Positions 36,261-46,155 of a DNA stretch of 49,997 bases are shown one piece after another. Location of the stretch: positions 1 to 49,997 of the IMG/VR virus record IMGVR_UViG_3300020235_000072; one strand, 5' to 3'. Each line of letters opens with the position of its first letter. Position 1 is the first letter of the stretch. The position numbers and the translations under genes were made by a program. Under the pieces are notes generated by a model. It was not told where the DNA came from. It worked only from the letters and a program-made list of their open reading frames with translations, and made no database searches. The DNA is from a virus (lineage: Duplodnaviria; Caudoviricetes).

Positions 36261-36920
36261 TCACACCATTGGTATGAGGATGGGGAGCCCGTCGATGACG
36301 ACGGCACAGCTAAGCACTGAGCCCAGCCGCTCGTTCTTCCCATAGGCGAAGCCGTATGCCGACTCGTCAATGACGGTGCCGACGTTCATGCCCCACAACT
36401 GCTTCCGCTTCGTCCGCTGTCGGATGTAGTGGATGCCCGCATGCTTGTGGTAGTGCCCATGCACCACACTACGCCCCTCTTCAAGGGCAGCACGGCGTGG
36501 GCCGGTGACGCCCCCGCACCCACCGTCGTGGATGTACAGGTTGCCGTCTATGAGGAACTTGACACCCCACTCCCACTGCGGTGTGTTCCACATGGCGGCG
36601 TAGTCCTTGAGGAACTGGCCGGGGACACCCGCCTCTTCGCAGCGACGAGCGACACGCTCATCGTGGTTGCCGATGCACACCTGTTGGACAGGGAACTCCC
36701 GCTTGAGCTTGTCGATCTGCTTGTTGCAGGCTTCCACCTCCCATGCAGTGCTGTTCATCGGGTCCTTCTGGAACCGGGTGGCGAAGTAGGAGTCGGTGAC
36801 ATCGCCAATGTTGACGACGGTATCCGTCTTCCACTCGTCACGCACCCGGCACAGGAAGGGGATCGCCTTCTTGTGCATGAAGGGGGCGTGTTGGTCAGGT
36901 ATTACAAGGACTCGGCTCAT
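36261..36920 (-). CDS. Calcineurin-like metallophosphoesterase
   Basis: DQH, GDVTD, GNHD, H, GHYH motifs. Confidence 0.92.
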   Translation of the reverse strand: MSRVLVIPDQHAPFMHKKAIPFLCRVRDEWKTDTVVNIGDVTDSYFATRFQKDPMNSTAWEVEACNKQIDKLKREFPVQQVCIGNHDERVARRCEEAGVPGQFLKDYAAMWNTPQWEWGVKFLIDGNLYIHDGGCGGVTGPRRAALEEGRSVVHGHYHKHAGIHYIRQRTKRKQLWGMNVGTVIDESAYGFAYGKNERLGSVLSCAVVIDGLPILIPMV

Positions 36921-37311
36921 TGATGGCCTCCATCTTGAGCAGGATGTCGTTCATGTACTCCACTGCCGGGCCGTCGCCCCTAAGGTGGCGTGTCATGGAG
37001 TCAAAGCTGGGCAGTCCCAGCAAGTCACACAGTGACTTCTCTACTAACGCTCCCCTCGAATCCCTCCATCCCGGCAGCAGCACGATGCCCTCGGCCTCAT
37101 CGCAGATGATCGTGAGGTCACGCCTCATCGCACCTCGCATGAAGTCCTTAGGCAACGGATCTGTCCACTCATGGATGCCCACCACCCGGTCCAACTCGGC
37201 AGGGTTGATGGCGTTGTGCCCAGCCTGACGTAGCCGCCGTGCGGCATAGTCGAAGGCGGGGAAGTTGTACTCTGCGAACCCACGCATGGGTCCCGCTATG
37301 TATACCTTCAC
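36895..37311 (-). CDS. DUF4406 / nucleoside deoxyribosyltransferase-like protein
   Basis: VYIAGPMRG, NFPAF, NPAE, LPGWxxSxGAxxE. Confidence 0.85.
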   Translation of the reverse strand: MKVYIAGPMRGFAEYNFPAFDYAARRLRQAGHNAINPAELDRVVGIHEWTDPLPKDFMRGAMRRDLTIICDEAEGIVLLPGWRDSRGALVEKSLCDLLGLPSFDSMTRHLRGDGPAVEYMNDILLKMEAINEPSPCNT

Positions 37312-37646
37312 TCAGTCTCCTCTCGTAGTTGTGAATCAATCCACTCCATGAACTCAGGGTTGCGGTCGATCAACTCGGTCAGCCCGTGGGCTAGCTGAGT
37401 GATCACCGTTTCCGCCTGCTTGGTAGTCAGGGTGGTCGTGGTGTTGTGCAGCATAGCATGCAGTAGTTCATGCAGCACTGTGTCCACCACAGCAACGGGG
37501 TCCATGCCCGGCATCACAAGGATCAGTCCCCTGTTCGTCACTAGCTCCCCGTACTCATCGTCCTGCACACCCTTGTCGTACTGCACATGCCATGTCCTGT
37601 ACCCCAACCCAATGGGATCGGGCAGGCTAGGCAAAGATGTACTCAC
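37308..37646 (-). CDS. Small HExxH zinc-metallopeptidase-like protein
   Basis: DTVLHELLHA with downstream E. Confidence 0.75.
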   Translation of the reverse strand: MSTSLPSLPDPIGLGYRTWHVQYDKGVQDDEYGELVTNRGLILVMPGMDPVAVVDTVLHELLHAMLHNTTTTLTTKQAETVITQLAHGLTELIDRNPEFMEWIDSQLREETE

Positions 37647-40056
37647 TGTGAATCACCTCGTCTATGTTGAAGGTCCCCTTCTCAGGCACAAGCGGAGGCT
37701 CCACCCCCGTCTGCATCCGCACCTGTTGTCGGAAGTCTTCCATGATATCGTTCTTGTACAACGCGATGAACTCGATACGCAGCACCGCATTGAGAGTGTC
37801 CATGTCGCAAGCATGGGTGCCGAAGCTGTCATGCACCACCATGAAGGCGGTGATGCCCACCCTCTTGCCCGCCTCCACCGTCATCATCAGGTGGCAGGCG
37901 TCAAGGGAATGCACGAAGTTGGGGGGCAGGCTGTTGCGTTGCTTGTGCTTCGAGACCGCATCGTCATCCTCGAAGTGGAGGAAGTGTAGCTCGGAGCCAA
38001 GGCATGTCACCCTCTCGTATGTACCCTTGCGGTACGGGTGTACCACATGGAACCCGAAGGGTGTACGCCACTCAAGGTGCTTCTCGGCATCGTTGGCGAG
38101 GGTGGCACACTTGCGTAGCCAGTCCATCGCCTCCTTCGCCGCCGTGATGTTGACTTGGATGCCCTCCCATATCTTCTTGCCGATGTAGCGGGAGGCGGCG
38201 AACTGGTTGGATGACCAGTCACACAGCCCATCCTCTATGAGTGAGTCCTTGAGCCCCTGCTGGGTCACCCCGTAGCAGTAGGTCATGGTCCCCCTCTTAC
38301 AGAGCTTGCGGTCTATGCCCTGTCTCAGCCAGTCAATCGGCATCGAGTCCAGAGTCGTGTCACTCCGGGAGAGTCCCGATCTTGCGTCCTCATTGACCGC
38401 CTCAAGTACCCAGCCTGCCACATCTGAGTAGATGTCGGACGGCACCGGGGATGGGCTCAGGTTGACCAGCCGGGCACCCTGAGGGTCCCTCAGCATGGCC
38501 GAGAAGTGCTGTAGCCCTGAGTTGCTGCCGTCCACAGACACCGGGAGATGGGACACATGGGCCTCATCGAGGATGGCAGCGTGGAGGTCGAAGATGCAGG
38601 CCAGTGCCTGCCACGGGTCATTCTTTATCCGACCACGGGCATCGGTCATGATCCACCACTTGTTGTCGAGCGGGTCCATGGCGGTGCGACAGATCAACTC
38701 GATCCTGTCCTCGGTCCAGCTTACCCGGTCGTCAAGGGACACCTTGTCCATGTCCATGCAGTTGGCGAAGTGGATCATCAGCCACCGCATGCCCTCCTCC
38801 CCTAGCTCCTTGCCCTCCTCAAACTCAAGCAGGCCCCGTGCTACGTCGTTACCCTGCGGTTGCAGGAAGACGGGCAAGGGGTACACCCTGCCTCGGAAGT
38901 CGAAGCGATGCGGGAAGTAGAAGGCATCGTACTTACTGTACCTAGTGGCAAGGTCTATCGTCTGCAAGAACACCAGCCTCTTGCCAACCATGCGGGCGTT
39001 GCGTCGGTACACAGCCTCGGCCTTGCGGTTACGCTCGGCCACGGCCATGTCAGGTGCGTTGTCGGGGCACCGCTTCGGTAGCGGGTCAGGTTCAACCGGG
39101 GGTATACCAGCGTAGCCGCCGCCTGCTGCCCACACCTGATCCATCACCTCCAGCACACGCTTGTTGATACGCCATGGCGTGGACTGCACCGTGTTCACGG
39201 CGTCGTACACTTGGGGGTCATGGTCGTCAGCCACCTTGACTTGCCCCGGCTTGTGGATCAACAGGTCCGTGTACTTGCTGAGGTGCTGATACCCGCCCCT
39301 CTCACCGGGTGCCCACCGCAGGGGCGGCACCACCATCGGCTGGAACATGGGTGTGAGGATCTCGATGTCCCTGTCCATGGCGTGGATGACATCCAGCCAC
39401 TTCGGGGTGACCCTCAGGTAGTTGGAGTTGTGCTTCTTCCTCTTCGAGCGGCGGTTCACCACCTCGAACAGGTCGGTGTGTTCTAGCAGGATGGACAACA
39501 GCTTGGCACCGCATGCCCTACGCTGCCGCCTGTCCCACTTGCCGCCGAAGTCAGACAACTCCTTCATCCTCTTGGACGCACGGCGTACCGACTGCCGTGT
39601 CCATGTCTTCACCCTCCGTTGCATCACAGCAAGCAGCTTGGGGAACTGCTCCCGCAGACAGAGGAAGTGATACTCCATCTCCATTGCCTCACCCAGTCTA
39701 CCCGCAAGGGCAGTGGTGGACACATCCTCCTCCCATGTGAGGGAGCCGAAGACAGAGTGCAGTATGAGTAGTGCGATGCTGCCGGGGTCCATCACCATGA
39801 AGGGGATGCCCCACCCGTAGCACCACTTCATCGCTCGGCCATTCTCAGCCCACCATCGGGCGTCTTCAACGCCACCGACGAGGGGTTCGATCCAGTCAGC
39901 CATCACCCTCCGGGTGGAGGGCCGCTCCGACAGGGCCTGCCGGGCACAGTTGTCACGGTACTGCTGGATGCCTCGGTCGATACAGCCCATCTCGATGACT
40001 TCTTCCTCTGCCCACAGGGCTTCCTTCTCTTCCGGGGTCAGGTTGTTCCAGTCCAT
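37627..40056 (-). CDS. Single-subunit T7-type RNA polymerase
   Basis: PMVVPP, DFRGRVY, PQGND, DGSNSGLQH, RKLCKRGTMTYCYG, PNFVHSLD, HDSFGT; start MDWNNL with GGAGGT SD. Confidence 0.98.
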   Translation of the reverse strand: MDWNNLTPEEKEALWAEEEVIEMGCIDRGIQQYRDNCARQALSERPSTRRVMADWIEPLVGGVEDARWWAENGRAMKWCYGWGIPFMVMDPGSIALLILHSVFGSLTWEEDVSTTALAGRLGEAMEMEYHFLCLREQFPKLLAVMQRRVKTWTRQSVRRASKRMKELSDFGGKWDRRQRRACGAKLLSILLEHTDLFEVVNRRSKRKKHNSNYLRVTPKWLDVIHAMDRDIEILTPMFQPMVVPPLRWAPGERGGYQHLSKYTDLLIHKPGQVKVADDHDPQVYDAVNTVQSTPWRINKRVLEVMDQVWAAGGGYAGIPPVEPDPLPKRCPDNAPDMAVAERNRKAEAVYRRNARMVGKRLVFLQTIDLATRYSKYDAFYFPHRFDFRGRVYPLPVFLQPQGNDVARGLLEFEEGKELGEEGMRWLMIHFANCMDMDKVSLDDRVSWTEDRIELICRTAMDPLDNKWWIMTDARGRIKNDPWQALACIFDLHAAILDEAHVSHLPVSVDGSNSGLQHFSAMLRDPQGARLVNLSPSPVPSDIYSDVAGWVLEAVNEDARSGLSRSDTTLDSMPIDWLRQGIDRKLCKRGTMTYCYGVTQQGLKDSLIEDGLCDWSSNQFAASRYIGKKIWEGIQVNITAAKEAMDWLRKCATLANDAEKHLEWRTPFGFHVVHPYRKGTYERVTCLGSELHFLHFEDDDAVSKHKQRNSLPPNFVHSLDACHLMMTVEAGKRVGITAFMVVHDSFGTHACDMDTLNAVLRIEFIALYKNDIMEDFRQQVRMQTGVEPPLVPEKGTFNIDEVIHSEYIFA

Positions 40057-40654
40057 CCAGTACCTCCGCAATGGGCAGGACAACGGCGAGGGAGGCACCC
40101 CATCCCGTCGTTCCTGCGGTGACAATGGCTATAAGGTTGCCGTCCTCATCGAACACAGGGCCTCCGCTGTTGCCGGGGTTGATATCGGCGTCGGACATGC
40201 GACACCACGGGCGAACCTTAGAGATGCCCGCCACCCTACCGTGCGTCACTAGGCAAGGGCCACCCCAAGGGTGACCAGCCACTAGCACGGTCTCACCATC
40301 AATGAGCGGGGTGTCCCGCCTGTCAGGCACGGGCAGCGGCCCATCGCCCAGCACATACAACAGCACGGCATCCCGTCCCCCAATGTATCGGGCGGCGAAG
40401 ATGCTCCACTCCTTGTCGCCCTGTCGCACGATGTAGCCTTCGAGCGGGCCTTGGATAACATGGGCAGCAGTGAGTACCGTACCCTCATGCCACCCCACCC
40501 CGCTACCACCGTGGCCCCGCCCGTCCTCCACCCTGAGGGTGAAGGAGCGGGCAGAGGCATCGGCATTGATCTCTTCGTTGCTGGCATTCATCAGGCCACC
40601 CACTACTATGAGTACGACGCCTGCCAGCATCAGTCCAATGCCTGCTCGCATCAT
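39953..40654 (-). CDS. Trypsin-like (S1) serine protease with N-terminal TM/signal segment
   Basis: LTAAHV, RDAVLL, INPGNSGGPVF triad motifs; hydrophobic N-terminus. Confidence 0.92.
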   Translation of the reverse strand: MMRAGIGLMLAGVVLIVVGGLMNASNEEINADASARSFTLRVEDGRGHGGSGVGWHEGTVLTAAHVIQGPLEGYIVRQGDKEWSIFAARYIGGRDAVLLYVLGDGPLPVPDRRDTPLIDGETVLVAGHPWGGPCLVTHGRVAGISKVRPWCRMSDADINPGNSGGPVFDEDGNLIAIVTAGTTGWGASLAVVLPIAEVLDGLEQPDPGREGSPVGRGRSHRDGLYRPRHPAVP

Positions 40655-40872
40655 CCGTCCTTCTTAGTCAGCGACACCGTGGCGGTGTACGGGGTGACCT
40701 CATCGTAGTAACTGAACTGCGTGATCAGGCCGCTATACAGGCGAGCCCCCCGTAAGTCCCTCAACGCCATGTAGTAGTTGCCCTTGTACTCGAACGCATC
40801 GCCGGGCTTCAGGTCCTGCACGGTGGGCTTGGCGGGCTTGGTGGCCGGGCGGATGGGGAAGGTCAGTTCCAT
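40651..40872 (-). CDS. Hypothetical protein, paralogue of 48121..48345
   Basis: LKPGDAFEYKGNYYM...VTPYTATVSL. Confidence 0.75.
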   Translation of the reverse strand: MELTFPIRPATKPAKPTVQDLKPGDAFEYKGNYYMALRDLRGARLYSGLITQFSYYDEVTPYTATVSLTKKDG

Positions 40873-41126
40873 CAGCCGATCTCCACCGCAGTGACCGGGG
40901 CGGAGTCAATGCGGATCAGTTGATCAACGTAGCGGACCTGATGGTACACACCCTGATAGGTGCGACCGGGGAAGTCACCCTCCACCATGCGGGCGAAGGC
41001 TCGCTGAGATAGCAGGTCGTTGTCGATGCGGATGAGCCGCAGCTTGGACAGGTCGGCACCAGTCCAGTCGGTGCCGATGATGGACGGTGCGATGCCTGCG
41101 TTGGGGTTGCTGTTCAGTTGATTCAC
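40872..41126 (-). CDS. Hypothetical protein, 84 aa
   Basis: Coupled ORF with GAAGGAG SD. Confidence 0.65.
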   Translation of the reverse strand: MNQLNSNPNAGIAPSIIGTDWTGADLSKLRLIRIDNDLLSQRAFARMVEGDFPGRTYQGVYHQVRYVDQLIRIDSAPVTAVEIG

Positions 41127-41659
41127 GATGAACTCTCCTTCATAGAGGGGACACTACGCCCCGCTCTCTTGACTGTGGCACACCATACGGCGGCCTGAAA
41201 CTCACGGGCGGGCCAGCCCAAACGACGGGCAGCCAGCCTCACTCTACGCTCAGCCTCAAGCCGCACCTCGGCGGGCTTGAACCTGATGTTACACTTGAGG
41301 GCCATTGCCATCCATGTATCAAGGACGACAGCGTGTGGCACACCTTGTAGTGCCAACGCAAACTGACTCGTCTTTGGCCCTCGGATCTCGCCGGTCGCTT
41401 CGTAGTGGGCGATGGCGGCACGGGTGGTACGCATGACATCCTTGGGCATGGGCTCACCCCGCATGTACATCTTGGTGACCCGCCAGTTGCGGGTGACCTG
41501 AGTACGGGGCGAGGTGATCGCCAGTATGTCAGCGAACCGGGTGGGGCACCAGCCATAGTGCAGGCAGGCGATGCGGATCTCCTGCTCGGCCTGCTGATAC
41601 CACTCACGGTACTGCTCACCCTCAAGGGCGAGCTTGATCAGTCCTTCGATGCTTCTCAT
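41123..41659 (-). CDS. Conserved phage protein (DUF7178-like, remote HhH-glycosylase-like pattern)
   Basis: WY, AITSP...N, GPKTxxF, VVLDTWM, QAAVW pattern recognised from memory. Confidence 0.65.
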   Translation of the reverse strand: MRSIEGLIKLALEGEQYREWYQQAEQEIRIACLHYGWCPTRFADILAITSPRTQVTRNWRVTKMYMRGEPMPKDVMRTTRAAIAHYEATGEIRGPKTSQFALALQGVPHAVVLDTWMAMALKCNIRFKPAEVRLEAERRVRLAARRLGWPAREFQAAVWCATVKRAGRSVPSMKESSS

Positions 41660-41660
41660 G

Positions 41661-41828
41661 CTAGTGGTGGCCTCCAGCGGGTCGGGCTGCCTCTTCCTTC
41701 AACCCCTCGATCTCTTCCTTCAACGCCTGAATCTTGGCCTTCGTGTTGCCGACCTCCACCTCATACATGGCGGCGATCTTCTTCCAATGGGCTAGGGCCT
41801 CGCCCAACCTCTCGATGTCACTTAGCAT
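41661..41828 (-). CDS. Small coiled-coil protein, 55 aa
   Basis: MLSDIERL start; heptad pattern. Confidence 0.55.
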   Translation of the reverse strand: MLSDIERLGEALAHWKKIAAMYEVEVGNTKAKIQALKEEIEGLKEEAARPAGGHH

Positions 41829-42111
41829 TATGCGGTGTCTCCGGTACGTTGATGACCTCGTTGTCAGGGGTAGAGCTACGACGGGCCTCGGTCTGGTCTT
41901 GCAGCATGAGAGCTTGCAGTAGCACCTTCTTCTTGTTACCCTTGAACTCGTACTCTTCCTTGAGCAGGGAGTAGCAGGTACGGCCACGGGTTATCCGCAT
42001 GCCCTTCATCTCTAGACCGAGGCCCCTCACTAGCATGTTGAGCCTGAGCAGGGCGATGTCCCTCTTGCCTGTCACGACGAACCCACCGCTGCCGCATGAT
42101 TCGACAGCCAT
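41818..42111 (-). CDS. Hypothetical early protein, 97 aa
   Basis: Coupled ORF. Confidence 0.65.
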   Translation of the reverse strand: MAVESCGSGGFVVTGKRDIALLRLNMLVRGLGLEMKGMRITRGRTCYSLLKEEYEFKGNKKKVLLQALMLQDQTEARRSSTPDNEVINVPETPHNAK

Positions 42112-42290
42112 CAGTCAGCCCGCTCAATGTCATTGCGTATCATCGCAGCGACGATCAGCAGAACGATAGCCATCAGGAGGAAGTGGGTCTCCTTCTCCGG
42201 GGTATCGGAGAGGAAGCCTATGATCATGTACACCATACCGCTGACCAAGTTCACGATGTACAGTACGAATTGGATTCCTTTCATAGTCAT
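42111..42290 (-). CDS. Small two-TM membrane protein, 59 aa
   Basis: Manual ORF MTMKGIQFVLYIVNLVSGMVYMIIGFL...FLLMAIVLLIVAAMI. Confidence 0.65.
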   Translation of the reverse strand: MTMKGIQFVLYIVNLVSGMVYMIIGFLSDTPEKETHFLLMAIVLLIVAAMIRNDIERAD

Positions 42291-42502
42291 CCTATTTTCC
42301 CCACGATCACGCCGCCCTCGACCATGGCACTGGCGTACCAGCGGTGAGCCTCAGGGTAGTGCGGTCCTTCGAGTGCAACCATCCCGTCCTTAGCATCGGG
42401 GCCGAAGGGGCCGGGTTGGAACACGGTGATGCGGTCGCCCTTTGCGATGGCCTCTTTGAGGGCCTTCTTGGTCTGGAAGTTCACGGTGGTGTATGCCATC
42501 AC
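42287..42502 (-). CDS. Hypothetical early protein, 71 aa
   Basis: NFQTKKALKEAI...EGPHYPEAHRWYA; coupled. Confidence 0.75.
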   Translation of the reverse strand: MMAYTTVNFQTKKALKEAIAKGDRITVFQPGPFGPDAKDGMVALEGPHYPEAHRWYASAMVEGGVIVGKIG

Positions 42503-42864
42503 TCATCCCCTTCCATCATTACGATGTCCTGCACCATAGTAAGGGCAGACTCCACCATGTCTGCCTTCTCCCGTATCGTGTCGCCTTCGTTCTCCAGCCG
42601 CTCCAATTCCTCAGTCAGGAATGTCTGCACTTCTTCCATGCTCGTCATCACTCGATCTCCTCAATGGTGATGCGGAATCGCTTGGGTGCCTGTCCATCTC
42701 TCATGCCAAGGAACCCGAAGGCACGGCGGAACTCTGCGTCACAGAACGAGAAGGCGGGATCATCATAATACTCTCTCCAAGCATCCTTCTCAGGTTTGTC
42801 CTTGCGGGTGAACAACTCAATCTCACCGTAGGTTCTTACGAGCCATACATCTGTTGTCTTAGTC

Positions 42865-43068
42865 TTAGTCACGGTCATTCTCCTGTGTATCCATGTCGTC
42901 ATCAACCACGATGATGCTACCATGTTCAAGGTAGTATGCTATGTGTTCGATCTCGGTGTTCAACCGATCCGATGCCTGTTGCCGCTCGTCCCACTCCGTG
43001 CTCAGCATCGCCGGGGAGAGGGTGCGAACGTCCTCCAACATCTGCTCGATGTCGATGTCGAGTTCCAT
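42865..43068 (-). CDS. Acidic hypothetical protein, 67 aa
   Basis: Coupled ORF. Confidence 0.6.
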   Translation of the reverse strand: MELDIDIEQMLEDVRTLSPAMLSTEWDERQQASDRLNTEIEHIAYYLEHGSIIVVDDDMDTQENDRD

Positions 43069-43457
43069 CAGCCACGCCTCAGCGTCAGCCTCACCCTGAG
43101 GGCGAGCCGAATCTTGGCAAACAAAGAAGAGAGTCGTGCCGTGAGGCTACGCTGGGCGACGTACTCAGCCACCAACTCCTTGATCTCCTCGATGGTGTAG
43201 TGCGGGGCAGAAGTGAGGTGATCCTCAACCGGCCCCTCCTGAGTGTCCTCGACCAAACGCTCGATTTCGTACCGCTCCATCAGGTCTTGGTTCTGGACGT
43301 ACTCCTCTACACCCTGCTCCATGTCGTAGGTGGTGACGTACTCGTCACGCATCTGCTGCATGACATCCTCTTGGATGCCGCTGGTGTCCATCTCATTGAC
43401 GTACTCTTCGATGGCCTCACCGATAGCGTCACCGATGGCGGTCGTTGTCATTGTCAT
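43068..43457 (-). CDS. Highly acidic helical early protein, 129 aa
   Basis: AGGAG SD; about 27 D/E versus 4 K/R in the first 100 residues. Confidence 0.75.
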   Translation of the reverse strand: MTMTTTAIGDAIGEAIEEYVNEMDTSGIQEDVMQQMRDEYVTTYDMEQGVEEYVQNQDLMERYEIERLVEDTQEGPVEDHLTSAPHYTIEEIKELVAEYVAQRSLTARLSSLFAKIRLALRVRLTLRRG

Positions 43458-43466
43458 GTGTCTCTC

Positions 43467-43748
43467 CTAAAGGTAGGTCGGTCTGAAGTCCGGGTCATCC
43501 AACTCACTCAACTGATCCTCGGCCTGCCACCCGTCGCTCGGTGCGTCGGGGTCATACAGGTCAGGCTCGTCGTCCTCTTCGTCAGCCTCCTCGGCCAACT
43601 CATCACGCATGTCCTCAAGGGCCTGCTCCAACAGGCGTTCAGCCAACACAGAGGGTGTCCGCACTAGGCTGTCGAACGCCTCGATGGCGATGCCCACTGC
43701 CGTAGCCCACGCCTCCAGTTGTAGGCGTGTGATCGTGATGTCACTCAT
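43467..43748 (-). CDS. Acidic early protein, 93 aa
   Basis: GAAGGA SD; D/E-rich C-terminal half. Confidence 0.7.
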   Translation of the reverse strand: MSDITITRLQLEAWATAVGIAIEAFDSLVRTPSVLAERLLEQALEDMRDELAEEADEEDDEPDLYDPDAPSDGWQAEDQLSELDDPDFRPTYL

Positions 43749-44073
43749 CCTTCACCCCCTTCGCAAACCCTCCCGTGCTGATGTTGATGTCGGTGAACAG
43801 CACCGACTCCTGATTGGCAAGTACCCTGATCTCATCAGCCACGGTGCGAGGGTTGGGCGAAGGCCAGTCATGGTTATCCGTCACCACCTCGAACACGAAC
43901 GACGACTCAATGCACAGCCTCCCTTCCGCGTCCTCCCAGTAGCCAGCGGTGGGGTACACAGTGGCCCCGCCGTAGTGCTGAATCAACAGGTCAATGACAG
44001 TCTTGCGTTGGTACTCAGTAACAGAGTCATCGTTCTGTTGCAGGTTACCAACGTACCATCTGAGTTGTCTCAT
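43741..44073 (-). CDS. Hypothetical early protein, 110 aa
   Basis: GGATVYPTAGYW...E...NQESVL pattern. Confidence 0.7.
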   Translation of the reverse strand: MRQLRWYVGNLQQNDDSVTEYQRKTVIDLLIQHYGGATVYPTAGYWEDAEGRLCIESSFVFEVVTDNHDWPSPNPRTVADEIRVLANQESVLFTDINISTGGFAKGVKDE

Positions 44074-44221
44074 TCTCTACCTTTCGAGTGGTGTTGTACT
44101 AACTCACGAATGCTAACACGTTTCCTCTTCTTCAGCGACACCTTGATCTTGTGAAGGATCACCTCGTCGGGAGGCATCAGCCCCCGCTGCACCCACCACC
44201 TCACCTTACGGGTGGCCGCTC

Positions 44222-44527
44222 TCATTGGTCCTCCAGCATGTCAGCCGCAATGGTCATCCATCGCAGGCGATTGCGTTCCCGTGGTGTGTCTAGGGGCATC
44301 CCCTCTGAGTGGTCACGCAGTGCATCCGCCACCTCCTCGGCAGTGTGATGCTCAGACATCTCAGTGTACCCCTTGAAGTCGAGCCCCTGCCCGCCCCTCC
44401 TCAGGTACTCAGGCCCACCGTCAACGAACACGGCGTGACACTTGCACCACTTGAAGTCATGCACATGGGTGGACTCAATGACATCCTCGCATGCGTTACA
44501 TCGTATCTTGTTGACCGAGATTACCAT
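44222..44527 (-). CDS. Cys-rich putative zinc-binding phage protein
   Basis: CNAC...HDFKWCKC...VDGG motif. Confidence 0.75.
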   Translation of the reverse strand: MVISVNKIRCNACEDVIESTHVHDFKWCKCHAVFVDGGPEYLRRGGQGLDFKGYTEMSEHHTAEEVADALRDHSEGMPLDTPRERNRLRWMTIAADMLEDQ

Positions 44528-44997
44528 CAGCCCAAGTCCTCACCCTCACCCAGCATACCCTGCGGGGGGTCACGGAAGAAGTCAGCGATCTCCTTGAAGG
44601 GCATACCGTCGTCATTGGCAGTGGTCAACGCAGTGACGAGATGCTGATCGTCGTCATCATGGTGGATGTTGATGGGATTGTCCAGATCCCACTCACCTGT
44701 TGCCAAGCGGAAGCCCAGCCAATCCCTCACCTCGTAAGGCAAGTGCGAAGACTGCCCGTTGAATGCGACAGCCCCGTGCCTAGTGGCACCGTCGTGGTCG
44801 GGATCAACCCACCCGCCGTCCGGTTGGATGAGCAAGCCACCCTCTTTCTCCTGAAAGATACGACAGGCCACCCCAAGGCAGCACAGCTTGCCGTCCCTCT
44901 CCAACCAGCCCTTGCCCTGCTCGTACTTGCCCGACTCCAGTGCATCAGCCACCAGTGACCGTGCTTCTTTGGGGCTCAACTTGAATTGTGTCATCAC
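44527..44997 (-). CDS. Conserved hypothetical phage protein, 156 aa
   Basis: ALESGKYEQG...CCLGVAC...NDDGMPFKEIAD. Confidence 0.75.
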   Translation of the reverse strand: MMTQFKLSPKEARSLVADALESGKYEQGKGWLERDGKLCCLGVACRIFQEKEGGLLIQPDGGWVDPDHDGATRHGAVAFNGQSSHLPYEVRDWLGFRLATGEWDLDNPINIHHDDDDQHLVTALTTANDDGMPFKEIADFFRDPPQGMLGEGEDLG

Positions 44998-46155
44998 TCG
45001 ACCTCATCTACGTTGACTGGGATCTGATGGATGGTCTCAACCTTTGCCACCCAGTAGATACGGACACGCTGCCGTACCATGTCGTTAGCATACGCTCTCG
45101 CTGCGGTCTGGATGTCAAACCCCATGGTCACACCACCCTCACCCCTATAGTGGTCAGCATCAGCGAACACAATGAACCTAGCCTGCCCCAAGGGGACATT
45201 ACCAACGATTACCTCTTCACCTTGCTGTGACATTACCTGATCCTCTCAAAGAAAGAGATACCGATCTCTTCGGGTAGACCCAGTGCCTTCATGTAAGCTA
45301 CGAGCTTATCAAGGTTGTCACTGAACCCTTCAACATGAACGTCTGTCCGTGTGCCGATCAGACCCTGAAGGTCCGGGTGCTCTATCACTGCGATGAACTT
45401 ACGCACCGGGCACCTCGAAGATGGACACACCAAGCTCACGCTTAGCCTCAGTGCCCAGTGCGAACACGCCGGGCCTCACCTCGGCTTGGTTGCGTACCCA
45501 GTACCGCTGTGCATCACGCTCGAAGGCGTCGGCCTGTCGGTTGGCGTGTGCCTCCGAGTTAGCCACCACTGCCAGCCTGCCCTGCCTGATGCGTAGCTTG
45601 AATACCTTCATTCAACATCTCCATTCACAAGGGTGTACGTTACGAGCCATTTCTTTACGACGAACCTCTCTCTGTCTTCATAGTATCCATCGCACATTGA
45701 GTTGCGAGCGTAGTCGGGATGATTCCACTCATAATCATCGTGATAGGCACGGGAGTACGCAACCTGCTGCTTGTCGGTAACCCTATCATGGATGGTGTAC
45801 ACCACCTTGTCCATGGGTGCGGGGTCACCGCCACTGTCAGGTATGACGGTGAGACTCATAGCCCTGCCTTTCTGCGTGATGACTTGGCCTGCCGCCACAC
45901 TAAGAAGTGTACCATCTTCATGTCCTCCTTGATCCGATTGAACGCACCATCAGTGACCTCAGTGCCAAGCTCGTTGCGTATCAGGCGGTTGAGCCGCACT
46001 AACTGGTCGTCAATGGACTGTGCCATCTCCCATACCACTGCCGTCAAGGCTTGACGGTGCTTCTCCCTCTCCTCCTGTAGTAACACCTTCATGGGTTCTT
46101 CGGCCATGAGTTTTCCAATCTCCGCTGCTGTCCATCTGTTTGATTCAGTAGTCAT
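44994..46155 (-). CDS. Cluster of five small coupled early ORFs (44994..45233, 45233..~45400, 45399..45611, 45608..~45859, 45856..46155)
   Basis: Tightly overlapping start/stop codons on coding strand; no recognisable motifs. Confidence 0.6.

Noticed and set aside
36261-37646. Modified-base (dZ or 7-deazaguanine) pathway
   Set aside because: No PurZ, DatZ, DpdA, QueC or FolE-like motifs seen anywhere in the window
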